From contig CM075989.1 in NCBI GenBank assembly GCA_038087875.1, positions 3,968,001 to 4,032,000 of the forward strand: a DNA stretch of 64,000 nt, read 5' to 3'. The notes under the pieces are model-generated. The model ran no database searches and was not told the origin of the DNA. It saw only the letters and a list, made by a program, of their open reading frames with translations. Below, piece by piece: positions 1 to 13,340 of the stretch. Source of the DNA: Malacoraja senta (Eukaryota). Position 1 is the first letter of the stretch. Each line of letters begins with the position of its first letter. A program made the position numbers and the translations under genes.

Positions 1-21
1 CGCTCGGCCTGCAAGCTCGGT

Positions 22-330
22 GTTTAGTTTAGTTTAGTTTAGACATACAGCGCGGGAACAGGCCCTTCGGCCCACCGAGTCTGCACCTATCAGCGATCCC
101 CGCCCATTAACACTATCCTACACACATTAGGGACAATTTACACTTAAACCAAGCCAATTAACCTACTAACCTGTACGTCATTGGAATGTGGGAAGAACCC
201 AAAGATCGCGGAGAAAACCCACGCTGGTCATGGGGAGAACATACAAACTCCATACAGACAGCACACGTAGCCAGGATCAAACTCGGGAACCTGGCGCTAC
301 GAGGCAGCAACTCTACCGCTGCGCCACCGC
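22..330 (-). mobile_element. tRNA-derived V-SINE (HE1-like); further copies at ~14182-14480(+), 14830-15065(+, partial), 24318-24620(+), 41872-42166(+), 56005-56295(-), 58008-58293(+), 59461-59745(-)
   Basis: Minus strand reads GGTGGCGCAGCGGTAGAG (A box), then the V-domain TGGAGTTTGTATGTTCTCCCC..GCGTGGGTTTTCTCC, a CR1-type 3' end (GGGCCGAAGGGCCTGT) and a (CTAAA)n tail. The same layout recurs across the window. Confidence 0.85.
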
Positions 331-535
331 ATACACTGCGACACACAATGTGTGATCCAGAACGAGACAGAAGAAAGCTCTCGCTTTCCCAGTTCTACCG
401 AAGAATACACAAGATGCACTTGTTTCAAACCATGATAAATGATGAAACTGAGTCTTTATAACCGCAGGCCAGTGACAGTGAGGTTAGAAACGGAAGTTGC
501 GTGCTAATCTAATGCAAAGGAATTGTGGAGACTAA

Positions 536-786
536 AGGGCCTGTACCACTTGCCGATTTTTTCGGCGACTGACATATCAGGTCACCGAAAAAGTTGTGGC
601 GTGTTGCGGCAGTGATGCGGCATGACACGGTGTGATGACGTATTGACACGCGGTGTTTCCTCAAGTGTCGCAACATTTTTTTTCTCTCTGCTGGATTTTG
701 AAATGTTCAAAATCTTTCGGTGACCGTGATACATCAGTCAATGATGCCGGCAGTCGCCGAAAATATTGCCAAGTGAGAAAGGCCCT
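536..786. mobile_element. PIF/Harbinger-type MITE
   Basis: About 36-bp imperfect TIRs (AGGGCCTGTACCACTTGCCGATTTT / AAAATATTGCCAAGTGAGAAAGGCCCT), flanks TAA/TCA. A relative at 59791-60008 has a TTA TSD. Confidence 0.7.
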
Positions 787-1188
787 TCAAGCAACTGCTT
801 ACGTAGAACACCAAGTACTGGAGTGATTCAGCAGGTTAGCCAGCATCTGTGGGGACCTTCCTTCCGAATTTAGAATTGTTTAATATTGCCTCCAGCGGGA
901 CAACACCTCAGCCTCAGATGCTGATTTGAATCCCAATTCTGCAAACAACAATATCTAGTATTTTTCACTTCAGCAGTTCTCCTAAATTCTCCAGAAAGAT
1001 CCCGAAGCTAAACTATTTATTTTATAATATAAGGTAGTCGACGTGACATTTTGTCTTCTGCAACAAATATCTGGTACTTACTGATCTGAGAGAAGGTATT
1101 AACTTCCCGGTCGTTGAGTTCACCACAAACAAAAATTCTTTGGCACCTTTCAACTGGCTGATCTAAAATACAGCGTTGCATAATATTA

Positions 1189-4100
1189 ATTTTACTTCGG
1201 AGTCACGTGAGTGACTACGTGAAGAACCCCGCCAGTGCGCCTGCGCGTCATTACGTCAGACGCATTGGCGCAAACGGACGTGAGGAGCAGAGCTTCACTA
1301 GTGGAAATGTAGTTGTGAACTACAAGGTAAGTAAAAACTTTTTTCGTAATTTCCGTGTCCGTTGGCTATGGGTATGTGGGGATTTTTTCCACAGGCACCA
1401 TGGAAAAAACGGGCAAGGGGAGGAGGCGAGCGGCACAGCCGGTAGATAGTCGCGAGATTGCGGTCGGCGACCAGCCGCTTCTGACCCCGGTACAGTCGCC
1501 AGCGGAGAGCGTAGCGACTGTGGATTTGGGGCTGAAATGAATGCAGTCAGCACCAGTCAGGCGCAAGGCGAAGCCACAAAGCCGACAGAGAGCCGCGGGA
1601 ATGCGGTTGGTAAAGGACTGCCTCATACCCCTATAACAGTCGCCGGCTGGGAGCGGGGCGACTGTGGACTTGTGTATTAAGAAAAAGAACGGAGCCAGCA
1701 TCAGTTGGGCGCTAGGCAACATGCAAGTCAGTTCCATGGAGCAAGAGTCAGTTTGGGATTCACCTCCAAGGCTGGATACCACTTTTTGAGTGGATATTCC
1801 AAATGGAGAACCTGTACACAGGTTGCTCCAACAAGACATACTCCAGGAGGAGTGATGTCAGAGCCAGGCTCCAGAAGCCAGGTCAGCAGCACCTAGTAAA
1901 GGGCTGCTTGATAGCACCCTCATTGATGAGGCGCGTGCACAGGGTCAGCAGAGTTTCCAAAACAAGTGAAGACGGCAGCTGCCAGATGGGCTATTCCTGG
2001 CAGTACGATTTGCTGCTCTGTGAGAGTTCTGACCCTGAGTCTGACGGTGAGGCCGATACAAGCGAAGACGGCAGCTGCCAGATGTTTACTCCTGGCAGTA
2101 CGATTCGCTGCCCCGTCAGAGTCAGGAGAGCCACTGGGAAAGAAAGTGGCCTCTGTGATCAACTATTGTGTCTTCCATCAGCTCTAGTAGCTTACGATGG
2201 ATGAAAATGCCAAAAAAAGCACGATATCCCAAGGAACCGTATTGCTGAAAGTACTAACAGTGAACCAAGATATAAGGGGTCAAATGGGCGAAGGCATGTA
2301 AGCCTAAGGAAAGTAAACTGCAGAGAATATTGAAGCTGCTGGGTTGATGAACAACTACAATTTGCAAAACAATGGATGGAGGCCAGGGATGGAGATGCAT
2401 CAAGTGGCACTAAGGTTGCTATGTAGCGCTCACTTCGAGATAAATTGTTTCAGGAAGTATGCCATTCGGTCCACCATCAACCCAAAGTTGCAGCAAATCT
2501 GTAAAGCCCAGCAATGTGCAGTCATTCAACTTATTCTTCAGAGAAAAAACCTCATGAAACGTGGGAAAGAGTTGGATGATGAGGCAAAAACAGCAAAGTT
2601 GATCAAAGTTGATCACAATGGTCGTCAAGTCTGCAAAGAGGACGTATCCTTTCAGACATCATACAAAATCCTGGACCTACATCAGGATCAAATCGACCAT
2701 TGAAGCAGGTGCACAGTTGATGTCCTGCAGCAGGAAAATGAAAAACCTGTGGTCCCTGCCAGGAGCCAGGGACCACAGGTCACTCAGATGACAAAGGAGG
2801 TAGGTGGACCTGGTTCTTATGGGAACATATTAAGGCAAAAACAGCCAAATATTGGAAGCAAATTACTTCAGTTATTATTCTGAGTATTATAGAAAGGTTT
2901 CGAATTGATTCGATTCAAATACTGATTTGCCATCCAGCATGTTCCAAGCAGAACACTCCAATTTCACATAAAGATAATTGATGGAGGTTCAAGCTGAATT
3001 GAAAACTTGTTTATAAACAAGTAATTGAAAGGTCGGTTTATCAAAACCACCAAATTGTGATTTAAAATTTCTCAACCTAAAAAGGTGAGGAGTATTTGAG
3101 ATCTGACAAGTCTTTAAAATTTTGTGAAGTATAGCCACTTCAAAATGGAGACTTTGAGTGCCAAATAATTTATTTCAAAAAAGATGTTTTATGGCACTTA
3201 TAGATCTGAAAGATGTATATTACTAAGTGTTTGTTCATTTGTAAGATAAAAATATTTAACAATTATCTGAAGGAACAATGATGGCAATTCAAAGTTCTGT
3301 CTAAATGGGTTAACTTCAGTTCCTAGAATTTCACTAAATTGGTAAAACCAATTTGGGGCTAATTAGAGTCCAAGGACAGATGTGGATGGCTTAATTGGAT
3401 GATGTCCTAATTAGGACGAACAAGAGAATTAGTGAGTTATCTCTCTCAAATTATTCAAACCACGTTTGAAAGTTGGGTTTAATTCATCCAGACAGGGTAG
3501 TAATTTACCCAGGGTAAAGGGTAAAGCTAATTGATGGTTGTATTAAGCGGTTGGAAAAGCAACAATCTTCAATTAAGACAGGTGGCCAGCTTGTTAGGAG
3601 AATTAGTGTTATTTCCAGCAATACAATTTGGGCCATTGTATTACCAGCAGCTGCAGACTGCAAAAAAGAAAAAACACTAAGATGCATGGTGGCCATTTTT
3701 TTGATAGGCCATGCAGTTAAACAACAAATGCTGCTTCTGATTGCAGTAGTGGATTTAACATGTCTTCAGTAGTTCAAGCAAGATACGGATTGAACAGCCT
3801 TCCATGGTCTTAACAGACTGATATCAGTGTTCAAGATGGCGGTCGGAGGGGAGAGTGGACGCTGGCGCGGTTTCGTTGCCGCTGCTCTCTCCTCAAATTG
3901 TGCTTCTGATTTTCTTTTTTTGTCTTTTTGGAAGGAATTCTGTCCCTGATTTGTGTATTGGTCTTTATAACTTATTTTTTAAATTCTGATTATATGTTTC
4001 CTATAAATCTCTGTAAGGTGTCCTTGAGACCTCGGTATAAGGCGCCCGTAAATAAAATTCATTATTATTATTATTATTATTACTAGGATTGGTGCCACTG

Positions 4101-6232
4101 AAAAGGTATCCATTTGTGGACAGATGGAATATGGAAGAAGTATTATTTTGCAGACATGGAGAATCAACGTTTTACAGCTATTGGAAGGCTTTTGAGCTCC
4201 AAGCTTGTTGTTAAATACAACTAATCTGCATGTTCAGTTTCAAATTAACAACACTACAGCAATGGCATGTATTAATTGTATGGGTGGAATTTCCATGATA
4301 ACAAAGAATGGATGTTGAACCTTAAGATTTTAATGATATAATAGTCAGATTTGGGAAGCCAGATATGACTTGTTTCCATCCAGACTCAATCACCAGTTAC
4401 AGAGATATGTTTTATGGGACTACATCGGGAGACAGTAGCGATTGATGTTTCTCGCTACATTAGGATGGTACGTTTTTATATGCATTTTACATCATCCTGT
4501 CTCATAAACAGGATCCTGTCTGCTTAAAATAAACATCATCCTGTCTGCTTAAAATGAGGCAGTATGCTGCCTCAGGGGTATTCGTGGTACCAGATGGGTC
4601 TACGCAGCCATGGTTCCCTTGGATATTGAAATTTATGACACAGTTTCTGATATATTTTTCCAAAAGAAGGAAGTTACTGGTGTATTCGATAATTGGAGAG
4701 TAACATCCGTCATATGCCTGTATGGATCTGTGAATTTGCAGGTTTTTAAAAGAGGATTGTCTGGGCATGCTGTGACCATGCTTACAGCAGTCTGGCGGAA
4801 GAGTACTCAAAAGCAGTACATTTGTGAATCTGAGTTGTGACTCTGTAAATGCTGCTTTCCCATTATGTAAAGAATGAGGGGAAATTTTCTGTGTATAAAA
4901 GAATATGGAATGTAGTATGGCACATGTCTCAAATGTCTTGGATTTACCTCTATTTAAGGGGTTGAGTTATAGTGCGATTTATTATTCCTCGTTTTCCTCA
5001 TAGAAAGTATACTATTCCTCATTTTTTATTGATGAGGTTGGAAAGACATCCTGTTGAGCCTCGTTCTTTTATTTCCAGATTAATGAAAGGAATGTTAATT
5101 CCAGACCTTCTAAACCTAGGAGGGAATCTGGAATATAGAGTTGTTTTAAGCTACTTCATCAATGGAGTCTTGGTACGATTCTGATTTGGCCAAGTTCAGC
5201 ATGAAGGTAGTCATGCTTATGGCACTTGTAACATTACAAAGTTACAGATACACAGGATGGAAGTACCTCAGGATTATGTTATGTTTTACATTTTATGACC
5301 TACTCAAATGAAGTAGGATCAGGTGTGATAGGATTCAAGAGTGTTTTATTAGCATATTCTATGGATGCATGTCTATATGTTAAGACATATTTGTTGCAAT
5401 ACATTGAGGCTACAAAGGTCTTATGAAATATGAAAACAAGATTGTTTATCATTCACGAAAAACCATACAAGATAGTGTCAGTTTAGACTATTTTAAGATG
5501 GTTAAAAACAAGTTTTGGTTGCTGCAGGTGTGAACATTGATGGTTTTACATTCCATTCAGTTTAGCAGCAACATTGACGACCAGGGCGAAGGACGTCCCG
5601 TCGACCATATTTTCACAGCCGCCGGGTGATCTAATAAGTTGGTGTTTCAACACTTTTACCATCGGCCTATTGCCAATACGGGGCTGTTTGCAGATACTAT
5701 AGTAAGTTCTGCTTAAATTTCCCTGGGTTAAAGGGGATACTGTTAATTATTTTATTCAAATAAATGAATTACTGCATTTGTCATGCAAATGTCATTATTA
5801 ATGCATTATTGATTATTTCTCGTTCTGAGTCAATCAATGCAGTGAGAAGCCGGGATTTGTATCTGCGGCATGAAATCACAAAGCTTTAAAATCTTCACGT
5901 AGTCACTCACGCTGACTCCGAAGTAAAATAGTAAGATTAAATGAGAACTTACCAGTTTGAAGTTTGATCTTTATTTTATGAGGAGTTACGTTGGTGATTA
6001 CGTGCCCACCACGACCCAACCCTCTATCATAAAGGTCAGATGGAAGTTCTTAAATTACTCGTTTTATTATGTTACTATATTACTTCGTTTTTGTTTTTTG
6101 TGATTTCACACCGCTGCTTTGAAGATTGACGTTCAGGCGCACTGGCGGGGTTCTTCACGTAATCACCAACGTATCTCCTCATAAAATAAAGATCAAACTT
6201 CAAACTGGTAAGTTCTCGTTTAATCTTACTAT
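1189..6232 (+). mobile_element. DIRS1-type tyrosine-recombinase retrotransposon, full length, ORFs decayed
   Basis: ITR core 1211-1250 vs 6127-6166. ICR at 5892-6005 is complementary to both outer ends. Degenerate RT (NGLTSVPRI/FTKLVKP ~3300-3350; MA*LDDVLI at 3386), RNase H (TD.S..G ~3815/4085), methyltransferase-like DLF.SRLNHQLQRY (~4365-4415), and YR (RWL..VL.AAG..F.FHS ~5500-5560; AAG*SNKLVFQHFYHRP ~5620-5670). Confidence 0.9.
3830..4082 (+). mobile_element. short non-autonomous retroposon with L2-like 3' tail, inserted into the DIRS RNase H region
   Basis: Starts CAAGATGGCG, ends TGTAAGGTGTCCTTGAG..AAGGCGCCCGTAAATAAAATTC(ATT)n. It splits the TDxS..GxG motif. Confidence 0.6.
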
Positions 6233-7803
6233 CCTTATTCACTGTTTTATTCACATTCGTGCTTGCTTTCTGTTTCCCCTGACGACAAGTCTAGTTGGCT
6301 TGTTTCCTCTGTCATCGCTGCTTTTAGTCGCAAACAGTTTATAACTCGAGATTCCGAGAAATACACGATAATATTGTTGAATGGATGAACTTTCAAGTAA
6401 CTCTGCCCACTGCCCTTCCCCCTACATCTGTGTGTTTCTTGCAAAAGCGCCACTGAGTTGACACCTCAGGAATTTGATGGTAGATATTGGCCACAGAATT
6501 ACAGGGGTGAATGTGTAGGACGGAACTGCAAATGCTGGTTCACACCGATGATAGACAAAAAAAAAGCTGGAGTAACTCAGCATCGCTCGAGAGAAGGAAT
6601 GAGCGACGTTTCGGGTTAAGACCCTTCTTCAGACCATCTTGAAGAAGGGTCTCGAACCAAAACATCATCCATTCCTTCTCGGGTTGGTGCCTGTCTCGCT
6701 GATTTACTCCAGCATTTTGTGTCCATTTACGGGAGTGAATTTGCTCCTTGGAAACATTTTAATATTAATTGAAAGTTATTGATAATTATCTGCTCTGCTC
6801 CATGGAGGAGATGTTCAGTATAGTCGCTATAGTCGATCGGAACAAAACCTGTTGCACATGCAGCACAGAAGAATGTTAAGATGGCGAAATAACATAGCGC
6901 TATCGTTTACCGTTTTTGCGCAAATAGAAAAAACCACGCAAACCGGTAGATAACAAGGATGGATGCACGGATGGATGGATGGATGGATGGATGGAATCCA
7001 CCCTTAATATGATGGTGAGAAACCTTTGTGATCTCATGAACTCTATGTGTTGGAGGTATCCAACATTGCAGAGTGGTTTAACACAAAGGAGTAGAGAGGG
7101 CAGTCAAAAATCAACCACGTTGTAGCAAATTGGTCTAAGGTCAACTCTAAACCAGAAGAGGCAAGGATGACAGATTTACTTCTGCAATATGCATTCGTGA
7201 ATCTCTTATATTTTTATAATCACCTTGTACTTTAAAAAAACTAAAGCTCTTGGGATTTACGTTGGTGTTCTGTAAACCCAGTGTGCAGTCATTGGTACAG
7301 AGCTTTTGCATTTTTCAGCTTGAAATTGTGCAATCTGGTGCATTCTGTAGCGAGTCTTTTAACTTACACTTGAATGCAATATTTACACTTTAAATTGGAC
7401 TAGCTATGAATAAGGTTAGGCTAAATTACATTCCTAATTACATTCCACAGTAGAGCCAGGCTCTGATCAACAGGTGCAGCACATGAATGATCTTAGTGTA
7501 TTCATGTATGGAAATCAGATTATAATCAAGCACTTGGCCCATGTTGACCAACCTGGGTCTCACTGCACACCTTGTACTACTCCTGACCCTGACTCCAGTT
7601 GCATACCTTCTCTCATTCCTGACCCTGAGTCCAGCCTTACACCTGGCCCCCTATTCTACCCTGCTAAGCTGCTTATGTTCCCAGTGCTGAACACTCCCAT
7701 TGTCTCAGCTTTGACTGCACACCTAGTACTATTCCAGACCTTGACTCTGGATGCACACTTGGCCTTGCTCCTAATCCCTCTGCACTGACAATATAACTGG
7801 CCC

Positions 7804-10580
7804 ACACATAGAAACATAGAAACATAGAAATTAGGTGCAGGAGTAGGCCATTCGGCCCTTTGAGCCTGCACCACCATTCAATATGATCATGGCTGATCAT
7901 CCAACTCAGTATCCCGTACCTCCCTTCTCTCCATATCCTCTGATCCCTTTAGCCACAAGGGCCACATCTAACTCCCTCTTAAATATAGCCAATGAACTGG
8001 CCTCGACTATGCTCTGTGGCAGAGAGTTCCAGAGATTCACCACTCTCTGTGTGAAAAAAGTTCTTCTCATCTCGGTTTTAAAGGATGTCCCCCTTATCCT
8101 TAAGCTGTGACCCCTTGTCCTGGACTTCCCCAACATCGGGAGCAATCTTCCTGCATCTAGCCTGTCCAACCCCTTAAGAATTTTGTAAGTTTCTATAAGA
8201 TCCCCTCTCAATCTCCTAATTCTAGAGAGTATAAATCAAGTCTATCCAGTCTTTCTTCATAAGACAGTCCTGACATCCCAGGAATCAGTCTGGTGAACCT
8301 TCTCTGCACTCCCTCTATGGCAATAATGTCCTTCCTCAGATTTGGACACCAAAACTGTACGCAATACTCCAGGTGTGGTCTCACCAAGACCCTGTACAAC
8401 TGCAGCAGAACCTCCCTGCTCCTATACTCAAATCCTTTTGCTATGAATGCTAACATACCATTTGCTTCCTTCGCTGCCTGCTGCACCTGCATGCCTACTT
8501 TCAATGACTGGTGTACCATGACACCCAGGTCTCGCTGCATCTCCCCTTTTCCTAGTCGGCCACCATTTAGATAATAGTCTGTTTTCCTGTTTTGCCACCA
8601 AAATGGATAACCTCACATTTATCCACATTATACTGCATCTGCCAAACATTTGCCCACTCACCCAGCCTATCCAAGTCACCTTGCAGTCTCCTAGCATCCT
8701 CCTCACAGCTAACACTGCCCCCCAACTTAGTGTCATCCGCAAACTTGGAGATATTGCCTTCAATTCCCTCATCCAGATCATTAATATATGTTGTAAATAG
8801 CTGGGGTTCCAGCACTGAGCCTTGCGGCACCCCACTAGTCACTGCCTGCCATTGTGAAAAGGACCCGTTTACTCCTACTCTTTGCTTCCTGTTTGCCAGC
8901 TAGTTCTCTATCCACATCAATACTGAACCCCCAATGCCATGTGCTTTAAGTTTGTATATTAATCTCTTATGTGGGACCTTGTCGAAAGCCTTCTGGAAGT
9001 CCAGATACACCACATCCACTGGTTCTCCCCTATCCACGCTACTAGTTACATCCTCGAAAAATTCTATAAGATTCGTCAGACATGATTTACCTTTCGTAAA
9101 TCCAAGCTGACTTTGTCCAATGATTTCACCACTTTCCAAATGTGCTGCTATCCCATCTTTAATAACTGAATCTAGCAGTTTCCCCACTACCGATGTTAGA
9201 CTAACTGGTCTGTAATTCCCCGTTTTCTCTCTCCCTCCCTTCTTAAAAAGTGGGGTTACGTTTGCTACCCGCCAATCCTCAGGAACTACTCCAGAATCTA
9301 AAGAGTTTTGAAAGATTATTACTAATGCATCCACTATTTCTGGAGTTACTTCCTTAAGTACTCTGGGATGCAGCCTATCTGGCCCTGGGGATTTATCGGC
9401 CTTTAATCCATTCAATTTACCCAACACCACTTCCCGACTAACCTGGATTTCACTCAATTCCTCCAACTCCTTTGACCCGCTGTCCCCTGCTATTTCCGGC
9501 AGATTATTTATGTCTTCCTTAGTGAAGACGGAACCAAAGTAGTTATTCAATTGGTCCGCCATATCCTTGTTCCCCATGATCAACTCACCTGTTTCTGACT
9601 GCAAGGGACCTACATTTGTTTTAACTAATCTCTTTCTTTTCACATATCTATAAAAACCTTTGCAGTCAGTTTTTATGTTCCCCGCCAGTTTTCTTTCATA
9701 ATCTATTTTTCCTTTCCTAATTAAGCCCTTTGTCCTCCTCTGCTGGTCTCTGAATTTCTCCCAGTATGCTGCTTTTTCTGGCTAATTTGTACGCATCATC
9801 CTTCGCTTTGATACCATCCCTGATTTCCCTTGTTATCCACGGATGCACTACCTTCCCTGATTTATTCTTTTGCCAAACTGGGATGAACAATTTTTGTAGT
9901 TCATCCATGCAGTCTTTAAATGTCTTCCATTGCATATCCACCGTCAACCCTTTTAGAATTAATTGCCAGTCAATCTTGGCCAATTCACGTCTCATACCCT
10001 CAAAGTTACCTTTCTTTAAGTTCAGAACCATTGTTTCTGAATTAACAATGTCACTCTCCATCCTAATGAAGAACTCAACCATATTATGGTCACTCTTGCC
10101 CAAGGGGGCACGTACAACAAGACTGCTAACTAACCCTTCCTCATTACTCAATACCCAGTCTAGAATAGCCTGCTCTCTCGTTGGTACCTCTACATGTTGA
10201 TTTAGATAACTATCCCGCATACATTCCAAGAAATCCTCTTCCTCAGCACCCCTGCCAATTTGATTCACCCAATCTATATGTAGATTGAAGTCACCCATTA
10301 TAACTGTTTTGTCTTTGTCGCACGCATTTCTAATTTCCTGTTTGATACCATCTCCAACTTCACTACTACTGCTAGGTGGCCTGTACACAACACCCACCAG
10401 CGTTTTCTGCCCCTTAGTGTTTCGCAGCTCTACCCACACCGATTCCACATCCTCGAAACTAATGTCCTTCCTTTCCATTGCGTTAATCTCCTCTCTAGTC
10501 ATCAACGCTACCCCACCTCCTTTTCCTTTCTCTCTATCCCTCCTGCATATTGAATATCCCTGGATGTTCACCTCCCAGCC
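7804..10580 (-). mobile_element. CR1-clade LINE, 5'-truncated ORF2 (APE endonuclease + RT), disrupted
   Basis: Overlapping ORFs with GDFN, NYRPVSLTS, YLDFQKAFDKVPH, GVPQGSVL, KFADD and RPHLEYCVQFW. 3' tail (TTTCTATG)n at 7804-7830. Stop at 8900 and several frameshifts. Confidence 0.93.
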
Positions 10581-11911
10581 AACTCCGAAATACGAAGCGC
10601 TGAGCATTGGGATCCAGACATCACGTACAACTGGCATCAGTTCCCCGCTCACATCTGGCAGTGCTATGTGTCTGAACCAGGGGGCGTGGAGCGTTTATGA
10701 AAGTGGGGTGGCTGAGCGATTACTGAACACTGGCCTTGGGGTACCTGGCGAGGGAGTGGAGCGACCAAGTTTTAGAGATTTGATGTATTAAAATCATGTT
10801 TTAGTGCATAGTAGAAGTATGATTTCAATGTTTTCTGTTTAAAGTATTTTTAAGAGGTAACTTTTTAAGGGGTAACTTTTTCCACACAAAGGGTAGTGGG
10901 TGTATGGAACAAGCTGTCAGAGGAGGTAGTTGAGGCAGGACTATCCCAACATTTGAGAAACAGTTAGACTGATACATGCATAGGACAGGTTTGGAGGGAT
11001 ATGGACCAAAAGCAGGTAGTGCAGCTGGGACATGTTGGCATGTGTGGGCAAGTTGGGCCGAATGGCCTGTTTTCACAATGGGCATTTGGCCCTTCGAGCT
11101 AGCACTGCCATTCCTCTTTCCTGTTTTTTCTCCATATCCCTTGATTTCGCTAGCCCCAGGAGCTAAATGTAACTCTCTTGAAAACATCCAGTGAATTGGC
11201 CTCCACTGCCTTCTATGGCAGATAATTCCACAGATTCAGAACTTTCTGGGTGAAGAAAGTTTCTCATCTCAGTCCTAAATGGCCTACCCCTATTCTTAAA
11301 CTGTGTGATCCCTGGTTCTGAACTTCCCCAACATTTTTCCTGCAGTTACAGTAAGTGAAAATCTAGCAGGCAAGCAGGATGCTTTCTCCAACCACCCCCA
11401 TTTGAAGGCCACTATCTTCCACCGCTTCTACCCAGTGCTTGGTACCTACTTCCAGCAGCCAGAGACTCTCTGGCATTGTGAGGCAGAAGCCACTCTACCA
11501 GCCGCACCACTGTGCTGTCTAAACAATAAATTCTGAAGAAGTTACTTGAATAGTATTTAGAATGCTGTCTGTAACTATGTGCTCCTGTATTCATTCATTT
11601 ATCCAAAAAGGAACATGCAGCCAGTTTAGTTTAGAGATACTGTGCGGAAACAGGCCCTTCGGCCCACCGAGTGCCAACAATCCCCACATATTAACACTAT
11701 CCTACACACAATAGGGACAATTTACAGGCATTTGATAAGGTGCCTCATCAAAAGCTAATGAGGAAAATAAAACGTGTTAGGAGCAGCAGTATGTTGGTGT
11801 GAAAATAAGATTGGTTGTCTAACAAAAAATGAAGAAAGGCCTTAAACAGGCCTTTCTCTGCTTGGTTAGATGAACTTGGTGGTACGATATGATACAATAG
11901 AACTTTATTCA

Positions 11912-12810
11912 TAGGGAGGCTGCACGGCAGTCGGGTCACGACCCATGACCCATACTGTTGCTACGCTACGCCAAATGGAGTACACGCGATGAACTGCAGG
12001 TAAGCACTGACCATTGTTTCCAGCGTAGCGGGCCCATTAAAACCCGCCAAAATGGTCAATTTTTGAGCTGTAAATAATTATGGAAATCGGGATAAGCGCG
12101 AGACATTTAACCTACTTCAGAATTCCAAAAGTGAGGAGAAATGACGGTAGATAGAAGCGAGAGCTGAAGGGACAACAACAGCCAAAGTGCTTGTCGAGCA
12201 TTGGCCGTTTGCTCACTGCATTTCATCAACAGTAAGGCGTAATTTGTGTTTTTCCTTGATTCCTTTGGCATCTAAAAAGTTTCAGAAGTGATAAATCTGG
12301 CTGTAAAATTTTAAAATGGCGCATGGTTCTCAGTGGGTTTTTACATACAAAAAGAAAACACCTCTGAAGCAAATTTTTCAGCCAGATTTATCACTTCTGA
12401 GACTTTTTAGATGCCAAAGGAATCAAGAAAAAACACAAATAATGCCTTACTGTTGATGAAATGCAGTGAGCAAACGCGATAATTCCCAATATTTTCAATT
12501 TCGATATCTGCACGGCCAATGTTCGCCAAGCACTTTAGCTGTTGTTGTCCCTTCAGCTCTCGCTTCTCTTTACCTTCATTTCACTTCACTTTTGAAATTC
12601 TGAAGTTGGGAAAATGTCTCTCACGCTTACCCCGACTTCCTCAATTTTTTACAGCGCAAAAATTCAACATTTTGGCGGTTTTTAACAGGTAGGAAAGTAC
12701 GCGTTTCGTGTATTAACAGCATAAACCGGAAGCTGCGATGTCCTCCAGATGGATTGAGCTGCTCCGTGCGTCAAGCCCTATGACCCGGTGATCTTACGTG
12801 CAACCCCCCT
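11912..12810. mobile_element. foldback-type non-autonomous DNA transposon with long internal inverted repeats
   Basis: Termini TAGGGAGGCTGCACG / CGTGCAACCCCCTA. Internal inverted arms ~12037-12310 and ~12371-12686 around a ~60-nt spacer. No ORF. Confidence 0.7.
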
Positions 12811-13206
12811 ATAGCCGGAGGGAAATTGGTCTGCCAACAAACAGTCACAGCACACAACAAGGTACACGAAAACTTGAAATTAAAATTAAATTAAAAGTGG
12901 AAAAAAAAAGGACAAGCGACTGTTGGCTGGCTGCCGTGTGCACAGCACCTTCACTGGAACGACCGGACATACAAACGAATGCAGGTTTATCTCCTGGGAT
13001 GAGGATTATTATAAAACGAGAGTGCCCCCCCCCCTCCCACACCGGGTCCCACTTTGTTCTCCCACCTTCCCTCACGGTGCTCCCCCCAGGCCGGGTCCTC
13101 CATTGTTCTTCATGGCGGTACCCCCTCGCCGGTTCCCCATTGATTTCCCCTCCCTCCTCACGCTCATCGACAGTTGATTGCAGATTGAGGCCCATTGCTG
13201 TCAAGA

Positions 13207-13340
13207 CTCCCGCTGCTGTCGAGGCTCCCACTGCCACCGAGGCTCCTGCTGCTGTCGAGGCTCCCACTGCCGCCGAGGCTCCCACTGCCGCCGAGGCTCC
13301 CACTGCCGGCGAGACTCCCATCGTCGCCGCCGCTGAGGCT
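13207..13340. repeat. 18-bp GC-rich minisatellite (GCCGCCGAGGCTCCCACT), ~7 units
   Basis: Directly visible tandem units; they produce the spurious AAEAPT repeat ORF. Confidence 0.85.

Noticed and set aside
7566..7790. Degenerate ~36-bp repeats as a CRISPR-like array or coding exon
   Set aside because: Eukaryotic context, no constant repeat/unique spacer pattern; looks like a decayed minisatellite.
8293..10791. Plus-strand ORFs over the CR1 copies (also 25472-28335)
   Set aside because: Antisense shadows of CR1 ORF2.
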